The notes under the pieces: generated by a model
What the model was told of the DNA's origin: nothing
Databases searched by the model: none
What the model saw: only the letters and a program-made list of their open reading frames with translations
Assembly: GCA_963720545.1 (NCBI GenBank)
Contig: OY970399.1
Coordinates: forward strand, 416,001-480,000
Direction of reading: 5' to 3'
DNA: 64,000 nt
Source of the DNA: an uncultured Acidobacteriota bacterium
GTDB taxonomy: Bacteria; Acidobacteriota; Vicinamibacteria; Fen-336
Part shown: piece after piece, positions 1 to 12,317 of the stretch
How positions within the stretch are numbered: position 1 is the stretch's first letter
Layout: every line of letters starts with the position of its first letter
Program-made: the position numbers and the translations under genes

Positions 1-888
1 CTTGAGGATGTTGGCGGCGTCGAGGCTGCCCTCGGCCGAGCCGGCGCCCACCAGCGTGTGCAGCTCGTCGATGAACACCACGATGTTCCGGTTCTCGGTC
101 AGCTCGCGCATGATGGTCTTGAGCCGTTCCTCGAACTGGCCGCGGTACTTGGTGCCGGCGACGATCAGCGAGATGTCGAGCGCCAGGATGCGCTTGTCGG
201 CGAGGTACACCGGCACGTCGCCCTGCACGATCTTGTTCGCCAGCCCCTCGACCAGCGCCGTCTTGCCGACGCCCGGTTCGCCGATCAGCACCGGGTTGTT
301 GCGGGTGCGCCGGCACAGCACCTGCACGACGCGCTGCAGCTCGTCCTCGCGCCCCACCAGAGGGTCGAGGATGCCGCGCGCCGCGGCGTCGGTGAGGTCG
401 CGCGAGAACTCTGTGAGCAGCGGCGTCTCGCGGGTCTTGCCCGAGCTGGTCTTTTCGTTCAGCAGCTGCACGACATCCTCGCGCACCGGCGCCAGGCGCA
501 AGCCTTTTTCGGTGAGGATGGCGGCCGCCGAGCTCTTGTCCTCGCGCATCAGTCCAAGCAGGATGTGCTCTGTGCCGATGTAGTTGTGGAGCATGCGGTC
601 GGCTTCGTCGGAGGCGTGGCCGAGCACCTGGATCGATTGCTCCGAGAGCGGGATGTCGACCGCGGCCGAGACCCGGTCGCGGCCGCCGGCCTTGCCCTCC
701 ACCTGCTTGCGGATCGCCTCGGTCGAGACGTGGTTCTTGGCGAAGACCCGCGACGTCAGGCCCTTGCCTTCGCGGATCAGGCCGAGGAGCAGGTGCTCCG
801 TCTCGATCGCGGGGCTTCCCAGCTGGCTGGCTTCATAGCGGGCGAAGAACACCACCCTGCGGGCACGCTCGGTATAACGCTCGAACAT
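1..888 (-). CDS. clpC: ATP-dependent Clp protease ATP-binding subunit (5' part; runs off the window)
   Basis: Manual translation: MFERYTERARRVVFFARYEA, two Clp-N repeats (TEHLLLGL, TEHILLGL), Walker A GEPGVGKT, Walker B VFIDELH. Confidence 0.93.
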   Translation of the reverse strand, partial: MFERYTERARRVVFFARYEASQLGSPAIETEHLLLGLIREGKGLTSRVFAKNHVSTEAIRKQVEGKAGGRDRVSAAVDIPLSEQSIQVLGHASDEADRMLHNYIGTEHILLGLMREDKSSAAAILTEKGLRLAPVREDVVQLLNEKTSSGKTRETPLLTEFSRDLTDAAARGILDPLVGREDELQRVVQVLCRRTRNNPVLIGEPGVGKTALVEGLANKIVQGDVPVYLADKRILALDISLIVAGTKYRGQFEERLKTIMRELTENRNIVVFIDELHTLVGAGSAEGSLDAANILK

Positions 889-979
889 CGGTGCTTGTCG
901 CTCCGCCCCCTGCCGCTTCCATCCCACCCCCAGGCGCTGCGCAGCCCGGCGGGATGGCCCCCACGTCATTGTAGCCGGA

Positions 980-1642
<663 letters not shown>

Positions 1643-1652
1643 CGCGTCGCGC

Positions 1653-2881
1653 TCATTCGTAGCGCAGCGCTTCCGCCGGGTCGAGACGGGCGGCGTTGCG
1701 CGCCGGATGGATGGTGGCGAGGAACGATATGAGGATGGCGCCGACGACGACGAACGCGGCATCGAGCGGCAGCAGCTTGAAGGGCAGGTAGGAGATCTGG
1801 TACACGTCGGCCGGCATCTGGATGAGCCGGTAGCGGTCGAGCACCTGGCAGGCCACGAACCCCAGGACGGCGCCGAAGGCGGTGCCGACGGCGCCGATGA
1901 TCGTGCCCTGCAGCATGAAGAGCGCGAGGATCGAGCGCGACGAGGCGCCCATCGAGACCAGGATCGCGATGTCCTTGTGCTTCTCCATCACCAGCAGCAC
2001 CAGCGTCGCCACGATGTTGAGGGCCGCGACCAGGATGACGAGGCCAATGGCGAGGGCGATGGCCGTCTTCTCCAGCCACAAGGCGGCGAACAGGCTCTGG
2101 TTCTGCTCGATCCAGTCGCTCGTCAAAAAGTCGTCGCCGAGCGCCGCGACCAGCGTCTTCGCCACTTCCTTGACCGCGTAGATGTTGTCGATCTTCACCT
2201 CGACGAGGCTCTCGGCGGCGCCCGGGTCGAAAAGGTGTGGCGCCGACTGCAGCGCCACGTACGCCCACCCGGAATCGAACTCGTAGAGGCCCGACTTCAC
2301 CGTGCCGGCGACGCGCAGCTTGCGCACCGACGGGATGATCCCCATCGGCGTCAGCCGGCCGTTCGGCGAGACGAACGTCACCACGTCCCCCTTGGCGGCG
2401 CCGATCTTGAGGGCGAGGTCGTGGCCCAGCAGGATTGGGTCGGGTTCGCCGTCCTTCACCTTGAGGTCCGCGGCGGAGCCGGTGTGGATCTGGTCGAGCA
2501 GGTCGGTGACGCTGCGTTCGGCCTGCGGGTCGACGGCCTTGATGGTGACCGGCTGCGAGCGCAAGTCGCCCTGCACGAGCCCCATCGAATAGAGCGCGGG
2601 TGCGGCGCCCAGCACGTGCGGGATGGTGCGCACCCGCGCGGCCACGTCGCCGAGATCGTCGAAGGTGCCGCGCTGCGACGTGAAGATGCTGATGTGCGCG
2701 GTGGTGCCGAGGATGCGGGCGCGGATCTCGCGCTGCAGCCCGGTGCTGAGCGCGAGCGCGATCATCAGCGCCATGACGCCCACGGCCACGCCGGTCATGG
2801 CGATCACCGAAATCACAGAGATGAACGCCTGCTTGCGCTTGGCGGCGAGGTAGCGGACGGCGATCTCGAGCTCGTAGGGCA

Positions 2882-2882
<1 letters not shown>
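1653..2882 (-). CDS. lolE: Lipoprotein-releasing ABC transporter permease (LolC/E family)
   Basis: MPYELEIAVRYL..FISVIS..GVAVGV, VMEKHKDIAILVSMGA, C-terminal AARLDPAEALRYE; TGATG overlap with lysS. Confidence 0.9.
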
Positions 2883-4440
<1,558 letters not shown>

Positions 4441-4444
<4 letters not shown>

Positions 4445-4857
4445 CGCGCCACCGCACGCGCGCTGCGCATGATCGCGTCGAGGATGCCGTTCACGAATGA
4501 CGGCGCTTCCGCCTCCGAGAACCGCTTCGCCATCTCCACCGCCTCGTCGATGATCACCGACGGCGGCGTCTGCGGCTCGTAGAGCAGTTCGTAGGCGCCG
4601 ATGCGCAGTATGCCGCGGTCGATGGCGGCGATGCGCGACGGCCTCCAGTTCTTGACCGCGCCGTCGATCGCGCCGTCGATCGCTTCGGCGTGCCGCGCCG
4701 TGCCCGTGGCGAGGCGCTCGGCGATCACGCGGGTCTCGTCGGCGGTCGAGCGCAGCGTCCAGAAGCGCTCGGCGACCCGCTCGATCGCGTCGCCGCTGAG
4801 CTGCCACTGGTAGATCATCTGCAGTGCGCACTCGCGCGCCTTGGTGCGGCGGCCCAT
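4441..4857 (-). CDS. nusB: Transcription antitermination factor NusB
   Basis: [37 protein letters not shown]; ribH-nusB order. Confidence 0.95.
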
Positions 4858-4860
4858 CGC

Positions 4861-5361
4861 CTAGCGGCCCGTGCGCGCCGTGGCGCGCAGCGACTCGACC
4901 ATGTGCAGGGCCGCGCGCGCCGCCTCGGCGCCCTTGTTCGCGGCGCCCGGCACGGAGCGTGCCTGCGCCTGTTGGATGTCATGCGCCGTCAGCACGCCGA
5001 AGCCCACCGGCACGCCGGTGTCGAGGGCGACACGCGCGAGGCCGTCCGTCGCCGCGCGGCAGATGTGCTCGTAGTGGTCGGTGTCGCCGCGGATCACGGC
5101 GCCGAGCGCCACCACCGCGTCGAAACGCTTGCTGCGCGCCACCGCCTGCGCAAGCAGCGGCAGCTCGAAGGCGCCGGGAGCCACGAACACCGCGATGCTC
5201 GATGCCGCGACGCCCGCCGCCAGCAGCGCCGACTGCGCGCCGTCCGCGAGACCCGCGACCACCGCGTCGTTGAAAGCCGCGCGCACGATTGCCACCCGCA
5301 CGCCGCGGCCGCGCGGCGTGAGCCGGACTCCCTTCGTGAGGGCGAAGGCAGCCTTCTTCAC
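4861..5361 (-). CDS. ribH: 6,7-dimethyl-8-ribityllumazine synthase
   Basis: [38 protein letters not shown]. Confidence 0.96.
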   Translation of the reverse strand: MKKAAFALTKGVRLTPRGRGVRVAIVRAAFNDAVVAGLADGAQSALLAAGVAASSIAVFVAPGAFELPLLAQAVARSKRFDAVVALGAVIRGDTDHYEHICRAATDGLARVALDTGVPVGFGVLTAHDIQQAQARSVPGAANKGAEAARAALHMVESLRATARTGR

Positions 5362-6140
5362 TTTCCCTGGAATTTCGCCGGCCGCTTTTCGAGGAAGGCG
5401 CGCGTGCCTTCCTGCATGTCACCGGTGGTGCAGATGAGGCCGAAGAGCGTCGCCTCGTAGCGCTGCGCCTCGTCGAGCCCCATCTCGAGGCCGGCGTTCA
5501 CGGCGTCGATCGTGAAGCGCAGCGACACCGGCCCGTTCGCCAGCATCTTGCGCAACAGCGCCTCGCTCTCGGCCAGCAGCTTCTCGGCGCTCACCACGCG
5601 GTTCGCGAGTCCGATGCGAAGCGCTTCGGCCGCATCCACCATCTCGCCGCTCAGCAGGATCTCGAGCGCGCGCCCGCGGCCGACGAGCCGCGGCAGCCGC
5701 TGGCTGCCCGCGTAGCCGCACATGATGCCGAGCTTCACCTCGGGAGTGCCGAAGCGCGCGTTTTCGGACGCGATGCGCAGGTGCGCCGCCATCGCCAGCT
5801 CGCAGCCGCCGCCGAGGGCGAAGCCGTTGACCGCCGCGATCACCGGTTTGGGGAAGCGCTCGATGCGGTCGAGCGTGGCCTGGCCGCGCAGCGACCGCTC
5901 GCGGCCCTCGATCGGCGTCTGCTGCGCCAGCTCGGCGATGTCGGCGCCAGCGACGAACGCCTTGGGACCGGCGCCGGTCAGGATCACGCCGCGCACCTCC
6001 GCGTCGTCCGCGAGTTCCGCGAACAGCGCGTCGAGCTCGGTCATGGTGGCGTCGTTGAGGGCGTTCAGCTTGTCGGGCCGGTTGACGGTGACGATCGCCA
6101 CCGCGTCGCGCTTTTCGACGAGCAGGTTCTGGAAGGCCAT
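5358..6140 (-). CDS. Enoyl-CoA hydratase (crotonase family)
   Basis: NRPDKLNAL, AFVAGADI, NGFALGGGCELA, PEVKLG. Confidence 0.93.
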   Translation of the reverse strand: MAFQNLLVEKRDAVAIVTVNRPDKLNALNDATMTELDALFAELADDAEVRGVILTGAGPKAFVAGADIAELAQQTPIEGRERSLRGQATLDRIERFPKPVIAAVNGFALGGGCELAMAAHLRIASENARFGTPEVKLGIMCGYAGSQRLPRLVGRGRALEILLSGEMVDAAEALRIGLANRVVSAEKLLAESEALLRKMLANGPVSLRFTIDAVNAGLEMGLDEAQRYEATLFGLICTTGDMQEGTRAFLEKRPAKFQGK

Positions 6141-6142
6141 GG

Positions 6143-7021
6143 CTACAAGAGCCCCGCGACCGGCTGCGGCGGGTCGGACTTGTAGTCGTAGAAGCCGCGG
6201 CCGGTCTTGCGGCCGTGCAGGCCGGCCTGCACCATGCGCTTCAGCAGCGGCGGCGGCGCGAAGCGCCTCTCGCGGAATTCGTCGAACATGATGTTGGCGA
6301 TGTAGTAGGTGGTGTCGAGGCCGACGAAGTCGAGCAGCGTGAACGGGCCCATCGGATAGCCGCAGCCGAGCTTCATGCCTTCGTCGATGTCCGGCACGGA
6401 GCCGGCACCCTCTTCGAGCGCGCGGATGGCGTCGAGCAGGTACGGCACCAGCAGGCGGTTGACGATGAAGCCGGTCTTGTCCGAGGCACGCACCGGCGTC
6501 TTGCCCAGGGTCTTGGCGAACTCGTAGGCGCTTTCGTAGGCTGCGGCGTTCGTGAGCGGACCGCGCACCACCTCGACGAGCTTCATGAGGGGCACCGGGT
6601 TGAAGAAGTGCAGGCCGACAAACTGGCCCGGCCGCCGGGTCATCGCCGCCATTTCGGTGATCGACAGCGACGAGGTGTTCGAGGCAAAGATCGTCTCCGG
6701 CTTGCAGGCGGCGTCGAGGGCGCCGTACATCTCGCGCTTCAGGTCGAGGTTCTCGACCACCGCCTCGATGACCAGATCGCAGTCCTTGAGGTCGGAGACC
6801 GCTGTGGTGCCGCGGATGCGCGCCATCACTTCGGCCATCTTCTCCGCCGTCACCTTGCCGCGCTCGACGCCTTTCTTGAGGAAGCCCTCGATCCGGCCGA
6901 GCCCCTTCTTCAGGACGTCGTCCGTGACCTCGCGTACCACCACCTCGTAGCCGGCCTCGGCGCAGATCTGCGCGATGCCCGAGCCCATCAAGCCGCAGCC
7001 GACGACACCGACCTTCTTCAC
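6143..7021 (-). CDS. hbd: 3-hydroxybutyryl-CoA dehydrogenase
   Basis: GCGLMGSGIA, SNTSSLSI, GLHFFNPVPLMKLVE, GFIVNRLL, GYPMGPF; GTG start at 7021. Confidence 0.92.
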   Translation of the reverse strand: MKKVGVVGCGLMGSGIAQICAEAGYEVVVREVTDDVLKKGLGRIEGFLKKGVERGKVTAEKMAEVMARIRGTTAVSDLKDCDLVIEAVVENLDLKREMYGALDAACKPETIFASNTSSLSITEMAAMTRRPGQFVGLHFFNPVPLMKLVEVVRGPLTNAAAYESAYEFAKTLGKTPVRASDKTGFIVNRLLVPYLLDAIRALEEGAGSVPDIDEGMKLGCGYPMGPFTLLDFVGLDTTYYIANIMFDEFRERRFAPPPLLKRMVQAGLHGRKTGRGFYDYKSDPPQPVAGLL

Positions 7022-8199
7022 TGTTCTTCCCTCTTGATGATCATCGCGATTCCCTGGCCGCCGCCAATGCACGCCGTCGCGAGTCCGTGGCGCGCCTTGC
7101 GGCGCTGCAGCTCGAGCGCCAGTGTCAGAAGCAGGCGCGTGCCGGTGGCGCCCAGCGGATGGCCCAGGGCGATGGCACCGCCGTTCACGTTGGTGCGGTT
7201 GCGGTCGAGGCCAAGGTCTTTCTCGACCGCAAGATACTGGCCCGCGAAAGCTTCGTTCACCTCGACGAGGTCGATGTCCCTGAGCTCCAGGCCGGCGGCC
7301 GCAAGCGCCTTGCGAGACGCCGGCACTGGCCCGATGCCCATGACGTCGGGCGGCACGCCGGCGATTCCCCAGGACACCACGGATGCGATCGGCCGCAGGC
7401 CGCGCGCCTGCGCTTCCTCGCGGCTCGCGACCACCAGCGCCGCGGCGCCGTCGACGATGCCGCTCGCGTTGCCGGCGGTCACCGAGCCGTCCTTGCCGAA
7501 CGCCGGCCGCAGCGCTGCGAGTCCCTCGAGAGTCGTCTCGGGCCGCAGGTGGTCGTCGACCTCGACGCGCGTCGTCTTGCGGCCCTCGACGACGTCCACG
7601 GCGACGATCTCGTCCCTGAAGACGCCGCGGCCCAGCGCCGCGGCGGCGCGCTGCTGGCTCAGGAACGCGTATTCGTCCATCGCTTCGCGCGAGATGCCGT
7701 GCTCCTTCGCGAGTTTGTCCGAGGTCTGCGCCATGTAGAGCCCGCAGTACGTGTCGAGGAGCGCCACCATCAGCGAGTCTTCGAGCTTGCCCTCGCCGAG
7801 GCGGAAGCCGGAGCGCGCGCCGCGCACGACGTGCGGCGCCTGCGTCATGTTCTCCATGCCGCCCGCGAGTGCCAGCTTCGATTCGCCGAGGCGGATCATC
7901 TGCGCCGCCGAAACCACCGACTGGATGCCGGAGCCGCACAGCCTGTTGACGGTGAGGGCCGGCGACTCGATCGGCACGCCGGCGCGCAGCCCGACGTGGC
8001 GCGCGCCGTAGATGGCGTCGCCCGAGGTCTGCAAGGCGTTGCCCATCACCACGTGGTCCACCCATTCGGGGCTCGCACCCGCGCGCTCGAGGGCCCCTTT
8101 GGCGGCAGCCGCACCCAGTTCGAGGGCGGACGCGTTGCGGAAGGCGCCGACATACTCCACCATGGGAGTGCGGGCACCCCCGGCGATGACAACGTCCAC
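7018..8199 (-). CDS. Acetyl-CoA C-acetyltransferase (thiolase)
   Basis: NRLCGSG, TAGNASGIVDGAA, NEAFA, GHPLGATG, CIGGGQG. Confidence 0.95.
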   Translation of the reverse strand: MDVVIAGGARTPMVEYVGAFRNASALELGAAAAKGALERAGASPEWVDHVVMGNALQTSGDAIYGARHVGLRAGVPIESPALTVNRLCGSGIQSVVSAAQMIRLGESKLALAGGMENMTQAPHVVRGARSGFRLGEGKLEDSLMVALLDTYCGLYMAQTSDKLAKEHGISREAMDEYAFLSQQRAAAALGRGVFRDEIVAVDVVEGRKTTRVEVDDHLRPETTLEGLAALRPAFGKDGSVTAGNASGIVDGAAALVVASREEAQARGLRPIASVVSWGIAGVPPDVMGIGPVPASRKALAAAGLELRDIDLVEVNEAFAGQYLAVEKDLGLDRNRTNVNGGAIALGHPLGATGTRLLLTLALELQRRKARHGLATACIGGGQGIAMIIKREEQ

Positions 8200-8293
8200 T
8201 GAACTTGTCTCCTGGTTGAGGGCGCGGCCGTTGCTCCCCCCGCGTCACTGCGCGCGGCAAAACGGGCGACAACAGGCCGCTTTTTCCTCACAA

Positions 8294-8337
8294 ATTGTAG
8301 CACGCGCTTGACTTCCGGCACGGCGTCCGGCTACCGT
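8294..8337. promoter_or_regulatory. Candidate back-to-back sigma70 promoters
   Basis: Minus strand extended -10 TGCTACAAT (8294-8302) facing the thiolase; plus strand TTGACT-N18-TACCGT (8308-8337) facing the gene at 8350. Confidence 0.5.
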
Positions 8338-8349
8338 CGAACGACTCGA

Positions 8350-9420
8350 ATGAGCCCACGCGCGACGCACTTCGCCCTTCCCCTGCTGCTCGCCGCAACC
8401 GCGCTTTGCGCGGCGTGCGCCGGCGGCGACGACGGCGAGGCCGCGGCTCCGCAGCCGGTGAGGCTCGCACGAGTGCCGCCCGCGGCGCGGCTCTTGTTCA
8501 CCGCCAACCTCTACGCCGAGGCGGCATCCGGTGGGCGCGAGCTCTATGCGTGCAACGCCGACGGCACGGGCGTCACGCGCCTCACCTTCTGCAACGAAAA
8601 CGACCCCTGCGACACGGTCACCGCATCGCCCGCGGCCGACCGCGCGCGGATTCTCGCGACGCGCCGCGCGGACGCCAACGGCGACGGTGTCTTTGGCGCG
8701 GGCGACCCGCTCGAGATGCTGTATCTCGACGTCTCGCGCCAGGTGCAGGCTGCGTTCGCCGCGGCGGTACAGGGCGCGAGCGGCGCCGACTGGACGCCGG
8801 CCGCCGACTTCACGGCGATCACCGCCACCGGCACCGGCAACCTCGACGACTTGTTCCTCACCGACGGCAAGGGCACGACCAACGACACCAGCATCTTCCG
8901 TAACTTCACCTCGACGCCGACACAGGTGGAACGGGGCCCGCGCATGCGCGCCGACGGCAACGCGGCCGCGTTCGAGCGCATCGCCGACGGCTCGCCGTCC
9001 GCGATCTTCTTCGCGTCGGTCGGGCTGCCGACCGCGGTAACCGCCAAGACGCCCGGCGGCGAACTGCTGCCCGGCACGGTGTATCGGGTCGGTTCGGATG
9101 CCGACCCCGCGTTCTCGCCCGACGGCAACTCGATCGTGTTTCGCCGGCTGACAGCGGTTACCGCCGACGGCAAGGGCCAGTGGGACATCCTGGTGGCGGT
9201 CGCCGACGCGAGCGGCCTGCGCACCATAGCCTCGGGTCCGGTGTTTCGCGGCGCTCCCGACTGGAGCGAACTCGGCATCGTCTTCCCGGAGGCCGACGCC
9301 GCGGGCACGGTGTCGCTCGTCGTAGTCGATCCCGCGACCAACAACCGCTCGGTGCTGCTCACAGCGCCAGCAGGCCGGACGCTTTCAAACCCGCGATGGC
9401 TCGCGGCTCAGGCGCAGTGA
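8350..9420 (+). CDS. TolB-like (PD40) beta-propeller lipoprotein
   Basis: Signal peptide with lipobox-like LCAAC; NADGTGVTRLT, DPAFSPDGNSIVF, PDWS, NPRW; DANGDGVF loop. Confidence 0.7.
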   Translation: MSPRATHFALPLLLAATALCAACAGGDDGEAAAPQPVRLARVPPAARLLFTANLYAEAASGGRELYACNADGTGVTRLTFCNENDPCDTVTASPAADRARILATRRADANGDGVFGAGDPLEMLYLDVSRQVQAAFAAAVQGASGADWTPAADFTAITATGTGNLDDLFLTDGKGTTNDTSIFRNFTSTPTQVERGPRMRADGNAAAFERIADGSPSAIFFASVGLPTAVTAKTPGGELLPGTVYRVGSDADPAFSPDGNSIVFRRLTAVTADGKGQWDILVAVADASGLRTIASGPVFRGAPDWSELGIVFPEADAAGTVSLVVVDPATNNRSVLLTAPAGRTLSNPRWLAAQAQ

Positions 9421-9451
9421 GGGGCTTCGCTTCGCCATTGGCGCTGGCGCA

Positions 9452-10360
9452 GTGAGGCGCATCTCTACGCCGCCGGCACACGCGCTACACTTCTTCTTCC
9501 TTTTTCTCTTCCTCCTGATTACGGCCGTAACCCGGGCGCAAGCCCCTCCCGATCCTCAGGCGCCGCAGCGGCTCGCGGCCCTGTTCGCGCCGGCGCCGGT
9601 GCCCCGCGCGATCGACTCGGTGTTCCGCTACCAGTTGAGGAACGGCGAGGGCTACGCGCAGGATTTCGCGATCGACACCGAGGCTTCGGTTTCGCCGTGG
9701 GCCGGCAGCGACGCAGCCGCCACCCGCTCGCTCGCACCGTTTGCCACCAAGTCGGATGGCTCGGTCTTCGCGCTCTGGGTCGCCGGTTCGCGCAACCTCG
9801 ACAACGCACCGGTAGTTCTGCTCGATTCCGAAGGCCAGGCAAGCGCCGTGCTCGCCGCCAACCTGCACGAGTTTCTCGGCCTCGTGGCGCTCGGTTCGTC
9901 GCTTCCCGACACGACGCCCGCGTCGCTCGAGGACGCGCCCGACCTCGAAAACTTCCGCCGCTTCCTGCGCACCGACCTGTCGGTCGGCGCCGCCCTCGGG
10001 CCGGCGGCGAGCGCAATCATGACGCGAGCCCGCGCAACGAATCCGGGGCTGCAGCGCTGGCTCGAGGGCCACCCGCCGCTGCTGCGCGTGGCGGCGCGGC
10101 CCAAGGGCCCGCAGTCGCCGGCGCCTGCGGTCAAAATGCTCTCGCCATCGACCGCTCGGCCCGGAACGGCTCCGACAATCGTGCGACCCGTGAACTCCGC
10201 GAGCCCGTCACCTTCACGATCACCGTCATCGTCAGCGTCACCGTCACCAGCACGGTCCCCATCATCAACGGGCGCCCCGCGTGCGACGCCGCAGCCAACA
10301 CCGGTGCCGCGCGCCACCCCGCGTCCGACTCCGCGGCCAACCCCTTCGCCCACGCCTTAG
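9452..10360 (+). CDS. Exported protein with SMI1/KNR4 (SUKH)-like core and Pro/Ser/Thr-rich tail
   Basis: Hydrophobic N-terminus; DGSVFALW..PVVLLDSEG..LAANLHEFLGL; SPSP/PTPR tail. Confidence 0.55.
   Translation: MRRISTPPAHALHFFFLFLFLLITAVTRAQAPPDPQAPQRLAALFAPAPVPRAIDSVFRYQLRNGEGYAQDFAIDTEASVSPWAGSDAAATRSLAPFATKSDGSVFALWVAGSRNLDNAPVVLLDSEGQASAVLAANLHEFLGLVALGSSLPDTTPASLEDAPDLENFRRFLRTDLSVGAALGPAASAIMTRARATNPGLQRWLEGHPPLLRVAARPKGPQSPAPAVKMLSPSTARPGTAPTIVRPVNSASPSPSRSPSSSASPSPARSPSSTGAPRATPQPTPVPRATPRPTPRPTPSPTP
10200..10357 (+). repeat. Low-complexity coding repeats (SPSPS and PRPT units)
   Basis: Recurrent TCACCGTCA-like units and PTPRPTPRPTPSPTP translation. Confidence 0.7.
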
Positions 10361-10658
10361 CCACCACCTCAGCCAACGCCCCGCGCTAGCAACCGCTCGC
10401 CTGCGGCTTTGCCATGAGACGGCTCCCCCGAAACCGCGCCATCGTCTTCCGTCCGTAACGTCATCTCGAGTCGCACTCCTCGTTGTCGTTGCGACTCGAG
10501 ATTGTCGTTGCGAGAGTTCGTACCCAGGATGCCTGCCGTTGGGGTGTTCGTTCCTTCACTCCGCGCAACTGCGTCCAGACGCAGTTGCTCAGCTGCCGCG
10601 GGGTTCTTCGCCGCGAACCAAGACGCGACCGCCGCTCAGAACTTCGGGCCTACCGTGC

Positions 10659-12317
10659 TCAGAACCTCGGGGGCGCTTCCCGGCCGCTGCGCCAGAAGGG
10701 CACGTAGCCAGGGTCGGCTCGCTCGGTTGCAAGGCGTGCGAGACGCGCTTCGTCCACCGTATAGACGTAGATGGAAAACCCGAGGCGCGCGTCGGGCGGC
10801 TCCACCGTGAGCCAGTCGAGGCAGCCCTCGTCGATGCGCCGCGGGCGATGCACCTCGGCCGCGTGCAGCGCGTAGCGTCCCGGCGCGGGCGTGCACGGCG
10901 GCGGCGCGTAGTCGATGCCCCAGCGTTCGGGCCGCCCGCAGTAGTACGTATAGAAGATGCGGCCGGCGGCGGTTGCCCGCTGCCACTCGGCGAGCCGCCT
11001 CTGGTCCTGGCCCCAGTCGTCGCCCACCACGAAGAAGCGTGGGCCGTTCGTGGCACCGCCGGCCCAGGCGTTGAAGAACATCAAGTGGTGCGGATGGACG
11101 GCAAGGCTCTCGACGGCGCCGGCCGCGAGGCAGGCCGCGACGAAGATGCGGCCCGCGCGTCCCGACTCGTCCGCGAGCCGTGCCGCCGCCTGTGCCACCC
11201 ACAGGATCACGAACGGAAACGCCGGCAGCAGGTAGCGGATGCCGCGCTGCATGACGCCGGCGCTCAGCACCGCCAGCAGGATGGCCGGAAACACCAGGAG
11301 CGCTGCGTCGAGCAGCCAGGAAGATGCCGGGCGGCGCCGCAGCCGTGCGAGCACACTGGCGACAAACAGGACTTGCGCCGCAATCGTCGTCTTCACCGCC
11401 GCCACGGCGAGGTAGAACCACCACACGCCGGAGAGGAAGGTATGGCCGAAGGCGTAGGCGACGTGCTCGGTCGCGCCGAGTTGCCACTGCCGCAGCAGCC
11501 CGTCGAAGAAGCGGCCCGCGGGGATCGGCCCGAGCCGCCGCGGCAAGAAAGGCAGTGCCTGTGCGAGCGGCGCGAGCGGCACAAAGCTGATGCGAAACCC
11601 GTAGATCGCCCAGACCACGAACCCAGCGGCACAGGCAAGCGCCGCGAGGTGGGAGAACGCCCGCTGCCAGGCGCGCGACTCGCTGCGCCGCACGATCACG
11701 ACGAGGGCCGCCGCCGCACACGGCACGGTGAGCACCATCGTCGACTTGCACGCGAGCCCGAGCCCAAGCGCCACACCGATGCCCGCCGCGCGCCGCCACG
11801 CCGGCTGCCGCGCGTACCGCACGAACGCGAACAACAGGCCGCAGCCGGCCGCTGCCGCCCACGCGTCGTGTGTGGCGAGGGCACCATTGCCAAGGATCGC
11901 CGGCGAGACTGTCCACAACGCTTGTGCGATGAACCGCGCCGACGGCGAAAACGCTCCCGCCGCGAGCCCCAGCAGGAAGCCGCCGGCAAGCACGGCGGCG
12001 ATGGTGGCGGCACGCGCCCGAAACAGCGCCTTGCGGATCCCCTCGGGCGGCTTGCTCCAGAGGATCATGTTGGCTGCCTGCGCCGCGTGCCGCGGCACCG
12101 CGGCCACCTCGCCCCCGAAGAGCGCCATCGAGGCCGCGAACCCCCACTTGGGCAGCGCCAGCGCCTCGGGATTGAAGATGTAGTCGCCGTGGCTGCCAAG
12201 GAGCGCGGCAGAGGTGATGTAAGTGGGCTCGTCGGCGGTGTCCGACTTGTCCCACGCGGTGCGACTGAGAAGGATGAGTTGCAGCGCGAGCAGCAGGAGC
12301 GCCGCGCGACCGGCCAT
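10659..12317 (-). CDS. Polytopic membrane glycosyltransferase (GT-C; ArnT/PMT-like)
   Basis: TADEPTY acidic loop after first TM, GLGLACKST, RYLLPAFPF, DWGQD; many TM segments. Confidence 0.75.
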   Translation of the reverse strand: MAGRAALLLLALQLILLSRTAWDKSDTADEPTYITSAALLGSHGDYIFNPEALALPKWGFAASMALFGGEVAAVPRHAAQAANMILWSKPPEGIRKALFRARAATIAAVLAGGFLLGLAAGAFSPSARFIAQALWTVSPAILGNGALATHDAWAAAAGCGLLFAFVRYARQPAWRRAAGIGVALGLGLACKSTMVLTVPCAAAALVVIVRRSESRAWQRAFSHLAALACAAGFVVWAIYGFRISFVPLAPLAQALPFLPRRLGPIPAGRFFDGLLRQWQLGATEHVAYAFGHTFLSGVWWFYLAVAAVKTTIAAQVLFVASVLARLRRRPASSWLLDAALLVFPAILLAVLSAGVMQRGIRYLLPAFPFVILWVAQAAARLADESGRAGRIFVAACLAAGAVESLAVHPHHLMFFNAWAGGATNGPRFFVVGDDWGQDQRRLAEWQRATAAGRIFYTYYCGRPERWGIDYAPPPCTPAPGRYALHAAEVHRPRRIDEGCLDWLTVEPPDARLGFSIYVYTVDEARLARLATERADPGYVPFWRSGREAPPRF

